This document shows, in pieces, positions 62,573 through 64,000 of a stretch of DNA of 64,000 bases. Source of the DNA: Stylophora pistillata (taxonomy: Eukaryota); the NCBI RefSeq assembly GCF_002571385.2, contig NW_019217954.1:129698-193697 (forward strand), in the 5' to 3' direction. Below the pieces are notes generated by a model. The model was not told the origin of the DNA and did not search any database. It was given only the letters and a program-made list of their open reading frames with translations. Every line of letters starts with the position of its first letter. Within the stretch, counting starts at the first letter, position 1. The translations under genes and the position numbers were made by a program.

Positions 62573-63581
62573 GGCAATCACTGAAATGATCAGCGTGTAG
62601 ACGAAATATTTGTCGAATGAATAGGTACCACATCTGACTGTCGTCGCGGTTCTGGCTGGGCCGTAGAATTCAACAGAATATCAACGTACCTAAGACTGTT
62701 AAAATATCACACGCCGAGAATAATATGAACGAAGCTGAACAGGTGCGCTTGAGTTTACTTACATCTATATGGCTAAAGATTGCAAAACAAACATGGTATC
62801 GCGACACTTAATAGAACAATTCAACATTAGAGGAAGTGGATAGTTTCATTTCAGCGTTACAAAATATAAAGGTAATCTAGTCTTATTACAGTCATTTCTT
62901 CATGTGTCAATATCAAATAATTCGAGAATTTATTTTGTTAAGTCGCAAATATTATAACGGCTACTAAGATAGTGATACAGGGCGCAAGTACGAACCTGAA
63001 ACCAGTGAGAAACAAGTTCTATATATTTTTCATTTCAGTTTTGAACTGTCCGTAGCCTCTTTCTCCGGCTTAATCGTTCAAAGCAAATATTCATTCCTTC
63101 TCTAAATAACAAGATGGCCGCAAGGTAGGACTACCATTTACAGACTTCACAACAGATGTCAAATGTTACGTACTGACACCTTGCAAACAACTTAATCAAT
63201 TCGTTACTGACAAACCCAAACGGATCTACTTTACGACTAAGTGACTACACAACAAAACTGGCCAATCAGTGTCCATTTACAAACAATAGATTACATTGAA
63301 ATGAACTGTTCACTTCACAAAAATAATGAATTCAACTTAGGTTCAGGAAACGTCCATCAATGTTGTTGTAAACGTTCACAGTGATATTGATATTACTAAT
63401 AATAGTGATAGTATTCGTAAGAGCATTGATTGGCTCCTTTCGGATACGTCCTCAACAGCCCATTGTGGTTCCCTTGAAGTAATGTTTACTGCGTCCTCAG
63501 CAGCCCATTGTGGTTCCCTTGAAGTAATGCTTCTTTTATAGCAAGAATCTATCCATGTGTAATTTCTATTCCACGGACTTT

Positions 63582-64000
63582 TTTCCTGGATGAAAATCAT
63601 GTAAGGTTATTCCACTTTTCAAAAATGGGGTGAGGGATGACATCGACAATTATCGTCCGATTTCAATTTTGCCAGTGGTGTCAAAGATTCTTGAACGGGC
63701 TGTCCAGCAGCAATTGGTGGATCATCTGGAGTCACACAACCTTTTTTCTAGATGCCAATGTGGTTTCCGTCGTAAGTATTCGACACAGAGTGCAATTATT
63801 TTCCTTGCTGACCCCATAAGAAGGATAATGAATGCTGTTCAGCTAACAGGTGCCATCTTTGTGGACTTCCGTAAGGCTTTTGACTCTATTGATCATAAAA
63901 TGTTGCTTGATAAGCTGCAATTATTTGGAATTCATGATAGTGAGCATCGTTGGATGTCTGATTATCTAACAGATCGTAACCCAATCAGTTTTCGAAGGAA
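63582..64000 (+). mobile_element. LINE (CR1/L2-type) reverse transcriptase fragment, pseudogenised, continues off window
   Basis: Frame from 63585: PG*KSCKVIPLFKNG..DNYRPISILPVVSKILERAV..QCGFRRKYST..GAIFVDFRKAFDSIDHKMLLDKL..W.SDYLTDR; TGA where the conserved W of WK is expected. Confidence 0.88.

Overview
Eukaryotic (animal) genomic DNA, most likely from a scleractinian coral. This is inferred from the repeat families and the intronless cnidarian-type GPCRs, not proven. The left 45 kb is the 5' part of a minus-strand axonemal dynein heavy chain 1 gene (DNAH1). It has 64 traceable phase-compatible exons and two GC-AG introns, lacks about 34 codons at an assembly 'n', and runs off the window start. 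A class A GPCR is nested on the same strand in its largest intron. DNAH1 is head-to-head (277 bp) with a complete 5-exon NDUFB8 gene; the spacer has an RFX X-box, an E2F-like site and two divergent YY1 sites. Four more intronless minus-strand GPCRs follow, and a LINE RT fragment ends the window. The most unusual non-coding features are: (i) a perfect 20 x 58-bp array built from a DNAH1 exon end plus its splice donor, in which every unit reads as a GT..AG mini-intron; (ii) six or more elements of mostly unrelated sequence sharing an A-A'-[TAATAA-N5-TTATTA]-B-B' architecture suggestive of tyrosine-recombinase circularisation; (iii) Penelope-derived inverted inserts carrying minimal hammerhead ribozymes with 13-14 bp TSDs; (iv) an RLE-type retrotransposon inserted in a (TAA)n microsatellite.
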